Assembly (NCBI GenBank): GCA_045539475.1
Contig: JAZQFJ010000093.1
Span: forward strand, 3,540 to 67,539
Direction: 5' to 3'
DNA: 64,000 nucleotides
Source of the DNA: Eubacteriales bacterium
GTDB taxonomy: Bacteria; Bacillota; Clostridia; Oscillospirales; JAAYXM01
Part shown: positions 34,654 to 43,658 of the stretch, one piece after another
How positions within the stretch are numbered: position 1 is the stretch's first letter
Layout: each line of letters opens with the position of its first letter
Notes under the pieces: model-generated
The model's input: the letters and a program-made list of their open reading frames with translations, nothing else
Told to the model about the DNA's origin: nothing
Database searches by the model: none
Program-made: the position numbers and the translations under genes

Positions 34654-35730
34654 CTACTTTCTCACAAGGTATTTTCGCATATCTATCGCACACGCGATAA
34701 GGATTATAAGTCCCTTTATGATATACTGCATATTCTGGTTGACCGAGAGGAAGGTAAGCCCGACAAAGATTATGCGCAAGAGAACAACGCCCATTATAAC
34801 GCCGCGTATCTTGCCGATACCGCCGACGAACGATACACCGCCGATTACGCATGCGGCAATGGCATCAAGCTCATAGTTAAGACCTGTGGATGCGCTGTTT
34901 GAGCCGATTCTCGCGCCCTCGATAAATCCGGTAACGCCGTACAGTGCACCGGCAAGCGTGAATACAAGGATTATCGTCCGCGTAACGTTTACACCGGAGA
35001 CGTGTGCCGCCTCGGGGTTAGAGCCGACGGCAAACATATTTTTTCCGAAAGTGGTTTTATTCCAAACAAACCACATAACTATAGTTATTATAACGGCATA
35101 CCACACGAAATTGGGTATCGCCGTACCTCCGACCGAGAGAATGCTTCCGTTGATAAAGCCTGTATAGCTCTCGGAAAGCCCGGAGATGGACTGTCCGTTG
35201 TTCGTGCCGAGAGTCAGGTACATAAGCAGCCCGCCGTAGATGATAAGCTGGGTTGCAAGAGTAACTATAAACGGGTGGAGATTAAACTTTGCCGTGCAGA
35301 AGCCATTTACCGCACCGATAAGTGCGCCGATGGCAATAATAAGAGCGATAACGAGAAAAACCGGCAATGTTCCGATTTCCGGGAACATTTTGTTTGCATA
35401 TCCCGATGCCTGCAGAAGCGAAGCAGCAACGCACGCGCAGAGTCCGACGGCGCGGCCGGCGGAAAGGTCGGTACCGGTAAGAATTATTGCACCGGCTATT
35501 CCAAGCGCAATCGGCAGATTCGCGGCGGAGAGCGAGAGTATGTTGATAAGCGAGCTTGGGGAAAGGAATCGCGGGCGGTATATTGCTATTGCTATTATAA
35601 CGGCGATGAGGAAGATATACAGCGCGTTATTTATAAAAAATTCGCGTTTCATACGGCGTTTTTCGGCGGGATCGAGCGTTTTGTATTCGTCAAAGCCGCG
35701 CCGGAAACGCGTGTTCTTTTTGTTTTCCAT
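34654..35730 (-). CDS. mglC: Sugar ABC transporter permease (MglC-like, galactoside/ribose family)
   Basis: 358 aa, polytopic, family-2 branched permease look. Confidence 0.85.
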   Translation of the reverse strand: MENKKNTRFRRGFDEYKTLDPAEKRRMKREFFINNALYIFLIAVIIAIAIYRPRFLSPSSLINILSLSAANLPIALGIAGAIILTGTDLSAGRAVGLCACVAASLLQASGYANKMFPEIGTLPVFLVIALIIAIGALIGAVNGFCTAKFNLHPFIVTLATQLIIYGGLLMYLTLGTNNGQSISGLSESYTGFINGSILSVGGTAIPNFVWYAVIITIVMWFVWNKTTFGKNMFAVGSNPEAAHVSGVNVTRTIILVFTLAGALYGVTGFIEGARIGSNSASTGLNYELDAIAACVIGGVSFVGGIGKIRGVIMGVVLLRIIFVGLTFLSVNQNMQYIIKGLIILIACAIDMRKYLVRK

Positions 35731-35826
35731 AAGTTAGCCACCTCTTAGTAAATGCAAAATGCAGAGTGCAAAATGCAAAATGGAATTATACTTAGTTTTG
35801 CATTGCAATAACCGATTTGCGGGTTA

Positions 35827-37323
35827 TTACGCATACTTTGTTGCCAGCGTCATTATCTGTTCCTGTGTTGCGTCCTTTGCATTCACCTCACCGGCAAGCC
35901 GTCCGCCGGACATCACAAGGATTCTGTCGCAAACGCCCAAAAGCTCAGGCATTTCGCTCGATACCATAATAACGGACTTCCCGTTTGCCGCAAGGTTTCC
36001 GATAACGCTGTATATCTCAAACTTTGCGCCGACGTCTATTCCTCGCGTTGGCTCATCAAGAAGAAGGATTTCCGGTTCGGTAAGAAGCCAGCGACCGAAA
36101 ATTACCTTTTGCTGATTACCGCCGGAAAGCGAGCGGATTTTTGTATCCTGTGTCGGGGTTTTTATGCGCAGAGATTTTATCATATCATCTGTTGCGCGCC
36201 TCATTTTTTTCTTGTTGAGGACGAAACCGTATGAAATATATTTCTTCAGGCTTGATACTGTGGTGTTTGCACGGATGGAAAGGATTCCGAAAATACCCGT
36301 TGAGCGCCGTTCTTCGGTTACGAGCGCAAAGCCGTTTGATATCGAATCTCGCGCGTTGCGGTTTTTTATCTCTCTGCCGCGCAGAACAAGCCGCCCGCGT
36401 TCACGTGCGGACAGACCGAAAATGTTTTCCAGAAGCTCCGTTCTGCCTGCGCCGTCAAGCCCTGCAATGCCGATGATTTCGCTTTCACGCAGAGTAAAGG
36501 AAACATCGCGCAGGTTTGAATAGCGGGAGGTAAGCCCCTCCACTTCGAGGAGAGGCTTGCCCGGCTTGTTCTTTCGCTCCGGAAAACGGTTTCCAAGCTC
36601 GCGGCCTACCATCAGCTTTATTATCTTTTCCATCGTCATGTTTTTTGCCGGCTCCGTTGCAATATGCTGCCCGTCGCGCATGACGGTGATATCATCGGAG
36701 ATACGCAGAATTTCCTCCATCTTATGGGAAATATAGATTATCGCCGTGCCGTTTTTTTTCAGCATATCTATGATGCGGAAAAGCTGTTCAACCTCGGTAT
36801 CATTGAGCGAGCTTGTAGGCTCGTCAAAAACTATAACGCGCGCGTTGTAGGATACCGCCTTTGCAATCTCTGCCATTTGCCGTCTCGCAACGGGAAGGCT
36901 TCCCATTATCTGGGCGGGATTTACGTCGATACCGAGCTTTTTGAAAATTTCGCGCGTGTCCTCATGCATTTTCTTTTCCTGCACAAGCGGACCCTTGGTG
37001 GGGTAGCGCCCAAGCCAGATATTGTCGGCAACACTGCGCTTGAGCGCTTGGTTAAGCTCCTGGTGTACCATTGCAACGCCGTGGTCCAGCGCTTCTTTTG
37101 AGGTTTTGAACGAAACCTCCTTGCCCTCTAACAGTATCTTGCCGGAGTCTTTCGTATAAATTCCGAAAAGGCATTTCATAAGCGTGCTTTTTCCTGCGCC
37201 GTTTTCGCCCATAAGTGCGTGAACCGTGCCGCGGCGCACATCGAGGGAGACGTTATCGAGCGCGCGCACGCCCGGGAAGGATTTTGAGATGCCCTGCATT
37301 CTTAGAAGTATATCGTTTTCCAT
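35827..37323 (-). CDS. mglA: Sugar ABC transporter ATP-binding protein with duplicated ATPase domains (MglA-like)
   Basis: GENGAGKSTLMKCL, LSGGNQQKV and two NBDs. 498 aa. Confidence 0.9.
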   Translation of the reverse strand: MENDILLRMQGISKSFPGVRALDNVSLDVRRGTVHALMGENGAGKSTLMKCLFGIYTKDSGKILLEGKEVSFKTSKEALDHGVAMVHQELNQALKRSVADNIWLGRYPTKGPLVQEKKMHEDTREIFKKLGIDVNPAQIMGSLPVARRQMAEIAKAVSYNARVIVFDEPTSSLNDTEVEQLFRIIDMLKKNGTAIIYISHKMEEILRISDDITVMRDGQHIATEPAKNMTMEKIIKLMVGRELGNRFPERKNKPGKPLLEVEGLTSRYSNLRDVSFTLRESEIIGIAGLDGAGRTELLENIFGLSARERGRLVLRGREIKNRNARDSISNGFALVTEERRSTGIFGILSIRANTTVSSLKKYISYGFVLNKKKMRRATDDMIKSLRIKTPTQDTKIRSLSGGNQQKVIFGRWLLTEPEILLLDEPTRGIDVGAKFEIYSVIGNLAANGKSVIMVSSEMPELLGVCDRILVMSGGRLAGEVNAKDATQEQIMTLATKYA

Positions 37324-37345
37324 AGCTTTTTATCCGATTTCTCCT

Positions 37346-38425
37346 TTAGAGTTCCTTCTTTTCGCCCGTGTAAATTCCGTAAGGTATGCGGATTTTGGAA
37401 ACATTTTCGTCAATGTTAAGGTCAGCCGTGTCGCTCATAAGGTCATTGCCGTTCTTGATGTTTGAGGAAAGGCGGGAAAGCGCCTTTGCCATACCTGCGG
37501 CATCCTGCTTTATCGTTCCGGTCATTTTGCCCGCACCGATAAGAGAGACCGCCGCTTCAGTTGCATCCACGCCGAAGACAGGGATTGTCTTTCCGCTTCC
37601 GGTGTTATATCCCGCGGTATTGAGTGCGGTTATTGCGCCTTCAGCCATACCGTCGTTATTGCAGATGACGGCTTCAACCATATTTTTATTGTTTTCGGTA
37701 TACTCGGTGAGGATTGTCGTCATATATTCGTTTGAAGCGCTTGCCGCCCAGGTCCCGTTTTTGTCAACAAGATATTTGTCGCGGTTGTTCTTGTCATAGA
37801 ACATGAGCTCGGGCTTGCCTGCTTCTTTTAATGCGGCATTCGCATCCTCAACGGCAAATTTTGTGCGGAGCTCGGCTTCGGCATTTCCGTTTTGCCCCTT
37901 AAACATGACATATGAAATTGTGCCGTCACCGTTTAAGTCAACCGCATCATAGTTTTTGAGAAGGTAGTCTGCAATCATTTCGCCCTGCATATGCCCGGCT
38001 TCTGCGGCGTCCGTGCCGACAAATGCGCATTTTTCGTAGCTTGCGATAATCTCGTCGGAAACCTCGCGGTTAAAGAAGATAAGGGGAATATCCGCAGCTC
38101 TTGCTTGCTGGACGATTCCGCGTGCGGCATCATCCGAGCCGGTTTCAACTATATTTACTATAAGAAGATTTGCGCCGTTTGTAATGGCGGTCTGAACCTG
38201 CTCGTATTGGGTGGTCTGGCTGGAGTTTGAGTCATAGTCCTGATACTTTATGCCCGCGGCCTCAAGCTCGCGGTCAAGACTTGCGCGAACGGTGGAGATA
38301 TACGGGTCGGAGTAGGTGTAGTAAAACACTGCCGCGCTTGTTTCTTCGGAACCCCCGTCACCCATACAACCGGTGAATGCAAAGAGCATTGTGAGTGCAA
38401 TTAAAATTGACATTATTTTTTTCAT
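37346..38425 (-). CDS. mglB: Galactose/glucose-type ABC substrate-binding lipoprotein (MglB-like)
   Basis: Lipobox FAFTGC. Periplasmic-binding family 1 body collinear with E. coli MglB by eye. Confidence 0.85.
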   Translation of the reverse strand: MKKIMSILIALTMLFAFTGCMGDGGSEETSAAVFYYTYSDPYISTVRASLDRELEAAGIKYQDYDSNSSQTTQYEQVQTAITNGANLLIVNIVETGSDDAARGIVQQARAADIPLIFFNREVSDEIIASYEKCAFVGTDAAEAGHMQGEMIADYLLKNYDAVDLNGDGTISYVMFKGQNGNAEAELRTKFAVEDANAALKEAGKPELMFYDKNNRDKYLVDKNGTWAASASNEYMTTILTEYTENNKNMVEAVICNNDGMAEGAITALNTAGYNTGSGKTIPVFGVDATEAAVSLIGAGKMTGTIKQDAAGMAKALSRLSSNIKNGNDLMSDTADLNIDENVSKIRIPYGIYTGEKKEL

Positions 38426-38557
38426 GTTTTTTCTCTCCTTTTTCAGTACATATTTGCATTATGCCCGCAAAATCGGAAATGAATACCCGTAATGTCAAAA
38501 AAATAAATTCCGTATAAAAAACAATCACCTTGTCCATAATATGGATGAGGTGATTTT

Positions 38558-39082
38558 ATGTTCAACAGAATAAAAAAGCTTATCGTACCCGTGCTTGTAC
38601 TTGCGGCTCTTCTGTGTGCGTGCAGAAATGAGGCTGCAGATAATGCCGGAGATACTTCGGCGTCAGGCGGACAAAACACAGATGCAAACACAAATGCAAC
38701 CGGCGAGAGAATTTCGATGTACGACAAAGACGGTCTTTCGTTTGACATCCCCGAAGCGTGGCAGCAAAACTTCAAGGCTGTCACGCGTGAGGTGGGAAGC
38801 TCCGGTAACACATATCCGCAAACGGATTTTTATTATACCGAGGGAGAGCGGGATATACGCCTTATGTCTATCGGCAAATACACGCGCGAACAGTGGGAAA
38901 ACTTGAAAAAGACCACCAAGGATGCGGAAAAAGCGATGCTCGGAGAATCTCCTGACAAGAATCATGTGTACTCCGTTTATTATGAAAACCATGACTACAT
39001 TGAGGATAAGGACTTAAAGGATATACTTTCAGGCATTCGCACAAAGGCTGAGGAAATGCGTGATAAGATAAAAATAAAGTAA
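38558..39082 (+). CDS. Hypothetical lipoprotein
   Basis: Signal plus lipobox LLCAC. 174 aa. Confidence 0.6.
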   Translation: MFNRIKKLIVPVLVLAALLCACRNEAADNAGDTSASGGQNTDANTNATGERISMYDKDGLSFDIPEAWQQNFKAVTREVGSSGNTYPQTDFYYTEGERDIRLMSIGKYTREQWENLKKTTKDAEKAMLGESPDKNHVYSVYYENHDYIEDKDLKDILSGIRTKAEEMRDKIKIK

Positions 39083-39172
39083 AAAGTAAGCGGTGAGATG
39101 CAAAAACAGTTGCATATTGCCGCTTATTTATGTTAAAATGTCACCATAGAACTGCCTCGGGAGTTGATTTCA

Positions 39173-39958
39173 GTGATAAATCTTAATGAGTTTACCGGTG
39201 TTCTGCATATGCCGGTTGATAACCGCGGGTTTGTGGAGCTTAACCCGCTGTCTTTTGGTGCGGAAAGGTGCAAACCCGGAAAGTTTTTCGGACCTGCACG
39301 GCGCGACCATTATCTTATCCACTTTATATACCGTGGTGAGGGCGAGCTGCGAAATTCCCGCGGAAAGTACATAGCAAAAGCCGGACAGGCGTTTCTTATC
39401 CGCCCGGGCGAGGTGTGCAAATATATATCAAGCGAGGATAATCCGTGGGTGTATACCTGGGTAGGCTTCAACGGACGGCTCGCAGAGCGTTTTGATAATG
39501 TTCCGGATGTTTTTGAATACGGTGAAGATGTGATTTCTCGCTTATCGGCACTTCTCGGAGAGGAAAACGGACTTGAGGAAAGGCTGTGTTCATTCTTATT
39601 TTCTATCACTGCGGAGATTGCGCCGACAGGAGCAAAAAACGACAGAATAAAGCAGGTTTACGATTTTGTGGACGTACATTATATGCATCCGGTGCATATT
39701 GGGGATATTGCCGACGCTCTTGCGATAAACAGAAAATACCTCGCCCGCATATTTATGGAGAGAACCGGGACGACAATCAAGGAATATCTGACAGAGAAAA
39801 GGCTTGCAGAGGCGGAAAGACTTTTGTGTGACGGGCGCGGAGTGGCAGAAACCGCGCTTATGGTCGGGTATACGGACGGTTTTAATTTCTCAAAGGCATT
39901 TAAAAAGAAATACGGCTTTCCTCCGAAAGCCGTAAAAGAAAAGCATAAAAGAGATTAG
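39173..39958 (+). CDS. AraC family transcriptional regulator
   Basis: C-terminal double HTH (IGDIADALAINRKYLARIF...TALMVGYTDGFNFSKAFKKKYG). Start uncertain (GTG 39173, TTG 39164 or ATG 39209). Confidence 0.8.
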   Translation: MINLNEFTGVLHMPVDNRGFVELNPLSFGAERCKPGKFFGPARRDHYLIHFIYRGEGELRNSRGKYIAKAGQAFLIRPGEVCKYISSEDNPWVYTWVGFNGRLAERFDNVPDVFEYGEDVISRLSALLGEENGLEERLCSFLFSITAEIAPTGAKNDRIKQVYDFVDVHYMHPVHIGDIADALAINRKYLARIFMERTGTTIKEYLTEKRLAEAERLLCDGRGVAETALMVGYTDGFNFSKAFKKKYGFPPKAVKEKHKRD

Positions 39959-40428
39959 TTTTCCGCAAGTTTCGGGAGAGTTTCTCCGCTAACCCGCAGG
40001 GAGGTCCATTCGTCCATGGTTTCAGCGCCCAGTGCACGGTAAAAATCAAGGCTCGGTGTGTTCCAGTTAAGGCACGTCCATTCAAGCCGTCCGCATCCGC
40101 GCTCAACGCACAGACGGGCGAGGTGTTTAAGAAGAGCTTTGCCGTATCCGTGACCGCGAGCCTCAGGCAGAACGTATAAATCTTCAAGGTGAATTCCGGC
40201 GCGGCCAAGAAAGGTCGAAAATGTAGTGAAAAACAGGGCGAAGCCGACTTCATTTTCATTATCGTCGAGGGCGAATATGACCTCGGCATTTTTCTTTTCA
40301 AAAAGCTCTTTTCGGAGCATATCCTCAGTTGCAACAACCTCGTCGGACATTTTTTCATAGTCCGCAAGCTCTTTTATAAAAAACAGTATTTTAGAGACAT
40401 CGTGCTCCGTTGCAAAACGAATGTTCAT
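39955..40428 (-). CDS. GNAT family N-acetyltransferase (diamine/spermidine acetyltransferase-like)
   Basis: LEDLYVLPEARGHGYGKALL acetyl-CoA motif. 157 aa. Confidence 0.85.
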   Translation of the reverse strand: MNIRFATEHDVSKILFFIKELADYEKMSDEVVATEDMLRKELFEKKNAEVIFALDDNENEVGFALFFTTFSTFLGRAGIHLEDLYVLPEARGHGYGKALLKHLARLCVERGCGRLEWTCLNWNTPSLDFYRALGAETMDEWTSLRVSGETLPKLAEN

Positions 40429-41654
40429 ATTTCAAAACCAAACTCCTTTAAAATCTGCTTTGCAGCCTCCTCCGGAGATGCGTTGTTATCAACTTTTACG
40501 TCTGCAAAGCGCAGGTAAGAAGCGCGGCGTGCATCAAAAAGCTTTTTCACATCAACAGAGAGAGGGCGGTCGTCTGTTGCAAGCCTTTCAAGGTCGCGCT
40601 CAATAAGATAAATTCTTCCGTTTTGAGAAAGAAGCGGAAGGTTTCTATCTTTCACCACAACGCCTCCGCCTGTTGAAATAATAAGTCCGCTCTCGCGCCC
40701 GAATTCGCGGACAACTTCAGTTTCGATTTTGCGGAATTCATCTTCGCCGCGGGTATTGATTATATCAGCGGGGCTTCCGAAGCGCGTGCGGATTTCTTCG
40801 TCTGTATCGACAAGGCGTCTGCCGGTTTTTTCGGCGAGAAGTTCCGCTATCGTGCTTTTTCCGCTTCCCGGCATACCGATAAGTATAATGTTAGAGGTAG
40901 AACGCATAACGTCCTTCACCGCAGTGTCAATAAGGTCGGGCGAAAGGCTTTTGCCGGTGAATATTTCGCAGGCGCGAAATGCTTGCGCTGCCAGCATTGA
41001 AAGACCGCTCACTCGCGGTATAGAAAGCGCCTCCGCCTGAAATATAAATTCTGTTTTTGCAGGGTTGTATATAACATCAACTGCGCCGCAAAGCTTCGGA
41101 AAGCGTGCAAGGTCAACAGGGCTTTCACCGTTTTTCGGATACATACCGACAGGCGTTGTGTTGACAATTATCTCCGTGTCCGAAAGTGAGTAAACATTGT
41201 CATAATTGACCTCGCCCGAGCGGGAAACAACGGTTATCTTTTTCGCATTCATCTTCTTTGATGCAAGATATGCTGTTTTGGATGTTCCGCCGCTTCCGAG
41301 AATAACAACGTTTTTGCCGCCAAAGTATATACCTGCGCGCTCCACCATCGTCATAAACCCGAAGACATCGGTGTTATATCCGCAGATTTTTCCGTCGCGG
41401 TGCACAACGGTATTTACGCTCTTTGCGTCCGCGGCAAACTCATCGTGCCAATCGCAGAGTGAATATGCAAGCTCCTTGTATGGGATTGTGACGTTAAGCC
41501 CGTCAAACTCTCCGCTTTTTATCATTTCCGCCGCTTTTTCGCGCGGGACTCCGTAAAGCTCATAGTCGTAATCTGCAAGGCAGGCGTGGATTTGTTTTGA
41601 ATAGCTGTGGCCGAGCCGCTCGCCGAGAAGCCCGCATTTAAGTGCTTTTTTCAT
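40425..41654 (-). CDS. Bifunctional shikimate dehydrogenase / shikimate kinase fusion (AroE-AroK)
   Basis: N-terminus: GLNVTIPYK, NTDVFGF, GSGGTSK. C-terminus: P-loop GMPGSGKST, DTDEEI, STGGGVV. Confidence 0.85.
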   Translation of the reverse strand: MKKALKCGLLGERLGHSYSKQIHACLADYDYELYGVPREKAAEMIKSGEFDGLNVTIPYKELAYSLCDWHDEFAADAKSVNTVVHRDGKICGYNTDVFGFMTMVERAGIYFGGKNVVILGSGGTSKTAYLASKKMNAKKITVVSRSGEVNYDNVYSLSDTEIIVNTTPVGMYPKNGESPVDLARFPKLCGAVDVIYNPAKTEFIFQAEALSIPRVSGLSMLAAQAFRACEIFTGKSLSPDLIDTAVKDVMRSTSNIILIGMPGSGKSTIAELLAEKTGRRLVDTDEEIRTRFGSPADIINTRGEDEFRKIETEVVREFGRESGLIISTGGGVVVKDRNLPLLSQNGRIYLIERDLERLATDDRPLSVDVKKLFDARRASYLRFADVKVDNNASPEEAAKQILKEFGFEI

Positions 41655-42796
41655 AACCTTTCTCCGGTTGATAAACTGAATTTACAACAAAGTTTTTCAA
41701 ATAAAGCATTTGCCCAGATTTCATAGCCTTCTTCGTTCGGGTGACCGCCGTACAAAGCTTCTTCCGGATTTCCTTCTTTTCCGAGGATGACTGTGTTGTC
41801 AAAAACAAAATCCACCTTTTGCGCGAGTTCTGTCAGAATATATGAATTGAGCCGCTTCCATTTTTCAATATCCTTGCCCTGATAATTAAACGGAGGTATT
41901 GTTTGCAGAATAACTTTTTTGCCGGATTTCTTTAAAGTATCAATAATGAAAGTCAAGTCTGATTTTATTTGCTCCTCGGCTTGCCCCTGCCGGATATCAT
42001 TTACCCCGTAGCACACAAAAACTGTATCATTCTGTTTCGCTTTGTACATCCACGCTCCGTCTGATGCAGCATCGTTCGCTCTGCCATATCCTATACCAAG
42101 ATTCCAATAAGAATAATCACTTCCCAATTTTTCGGAAAGAAGTGCATTCCAGTGGAGATATGAATTTGTTTTTGTTCCGACCCCTTGAGTAACGGAATCC
42201 CCGAAATATGCAATTCTCCCTTTTACCTCTCTGTCGCACCCGATCATTCCTGCAAAGGGCATAAATTTAGAATATTTCCATTTCTCATTCTCTTTTACAA
42301 AGATAGGAAGCAGTGTTTCCTCGTGATAAGGAATCATTTTTCCGGAAAAAGTTATTTCAAGGCACAAATATTCGTCCTTTTCAAACATGCACTTCACAGG
42401 ATCAGATGCAAAAAATTCACCGGGCATTACTTCTTTTGTCGTTTGACCGTTAAAACAAATGGTTTTAAAATCAAAAACCCTAATGTCTGCCTGTTCATCC
42501 TCGTCGTCCATAACCGTTTCAGAAATGTTTTCGGGAAGATTGATGCTCACGCATCTGCCGATCCTCGCGCTGTGAATAGTCCAGTTTTCGCAGATCAGGT
42601 TTTTATGGCTTATTGAACCGTCGTCATAGGTGCTGTCTATAATGTTTGAAAACAGAAGGGAATAGTTATATTCACCGCCTGCAGAGATTTTATAAAAAAC
42701 TCTTCCTGTACGAATTTCGTTTTCATTCATCTCAAAATACAGCTGATTTCCGCTGCCTGCATATGTATTTGAGTTAAATTGGTCAAAATACTTCAT
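41651..42796 (-). CDS. SGNH/GDSL hydrolase with unknown ~190-aa N-terminal domain
   Basis: Block I FGDSVTQG, block III GVND, C-terminal HPNEEG. Confidence 0.75.
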   Translation of the reverse strand: MKYFDQFNSNTYAGSGNQLYFEMNENEIRTGRVFYKISAGGEYNYSLLFSNIIDSTYDDGSISHKNLICENWTIHSARIGRCVSINLPENISETVMDDEDEQADIRVFDFKTICFNGQTTKEVMPGEFFASDPVKCMFEKDEYLCLEITFSGKMIPYHEETLLPIFVKENEKWKYSKFMPFAGMIGCDREVKGRIAYFGDSVTQGVGTKTNSYLHWNALLSEKLGSDYSYWNLGIGYGRANDAASDGAWMYKAKQNDTVFVCYGVNDIRQGQAEEQIKSDLTFIIDTLKKSGKKVILQTIPPFNYQGKDIEKWKRLNSYILTELAQKVDFVFDNTVILGKEGNPEEALYGGHPNEEGYEIWANALFEKLCCKFSLSTGERL

Positions 42797-42954
42797 AATA
42801 GAATCTCCTTATTCTAATGGATTTATTATAACATATTTCTTTTTGGACTGCAATTGTTTTCCGGTTATCCTATACCTTATTTTGTATAGTAAAGTTAAGT
42901 GGTTTTAAGAAAATTGATGGGGATGCTGCTATCTTTGCAACATCCCCTCTTGTT

Positions 42955-43623
42955 TTATCCGTAATAATCGCCTGAAAGCTCTTCTACCAGGGTTTTATCC
43001 CGCTTGTTGGTAAAGGCAAGCAGCCAATCGTAATTTTTTTCGTCGGAATAGACTGTATCCCAACAATTATGTGCGAGCTCCGGGAAAAGGATCAGCTCAG
43101 CGTGACCGCCAAACATATTCACCGCTTTCGCCATCTGCAAGCTCTCAATCGGATCTACCGTTTTATCTCGAAGCCCATGAAAGGCGCGGATGGGAACATC
43201 CACAAGATTCTTTGCAAAAGCGGCGATTCCGCCGCCGCAGAGAGGCATTGCAGAAGCAACCCAATCCGGGCGCAGAGTTGAAAACTCCCAGGTGCCGTAG
43301 CCGCCCATACTGTTGCCTGTGACATGAAGGCGGGTCTCATCAATGTAGGGGAGCTCGCGGATTTCTTCTACCAAATGCAGAAGAGGTGTCATCCATGCGA
43401 ACCAATCACCGTTTTGGCAAAGGGGGGCAAGGAGAATATAGCCCCTTTCGTTCTGCCGCTTCCGTAGGTTCGCAATATTAACGTTATTCCGCAAAATCTC
43501 TGTTGTTTCGCTGCGGTTACCTGCTCCGTGCAAAAAGAGAATTAACGGGTATTTCTTGTTTTTCTGAAAGCCTTCCGGATAATAGATCAGATATTTGAGT
43601 CCTTCGAAAAATTTTTCTTCCAT
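42955..43623 (-). CDS. Alpha/beta hydrolase (esterase), paralog of 9746-10414
   Basis: HGAG, GNSMGG nucleophile elbow, same length (222 aa). Confidence 0.75.
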   Translation of the reverse strand: MEEKFFEGLKYLIYYPEGFQKNKKYPLILFLHGAGNRSETTEILRNNVNIANLRKRQNERGYILLAPLCQNGDWFAWMTPLLHLVEEIRELPYIDETRLHVTGNSMGGYGTWEFSTLRPDWVASAMPLCGGGIAAFAKNLVDVPIRAFHGLRDKTVDPIESLQMAKAVNMFGGHAELILFPELAHNCWDTVYSDEKNYDWLLAFTNKRDKTLVEELSGDYYG

Positions 43624-43658
43624 TTTTGGTCACCCTTTCGTTGTGGATGGAAAAAGCT

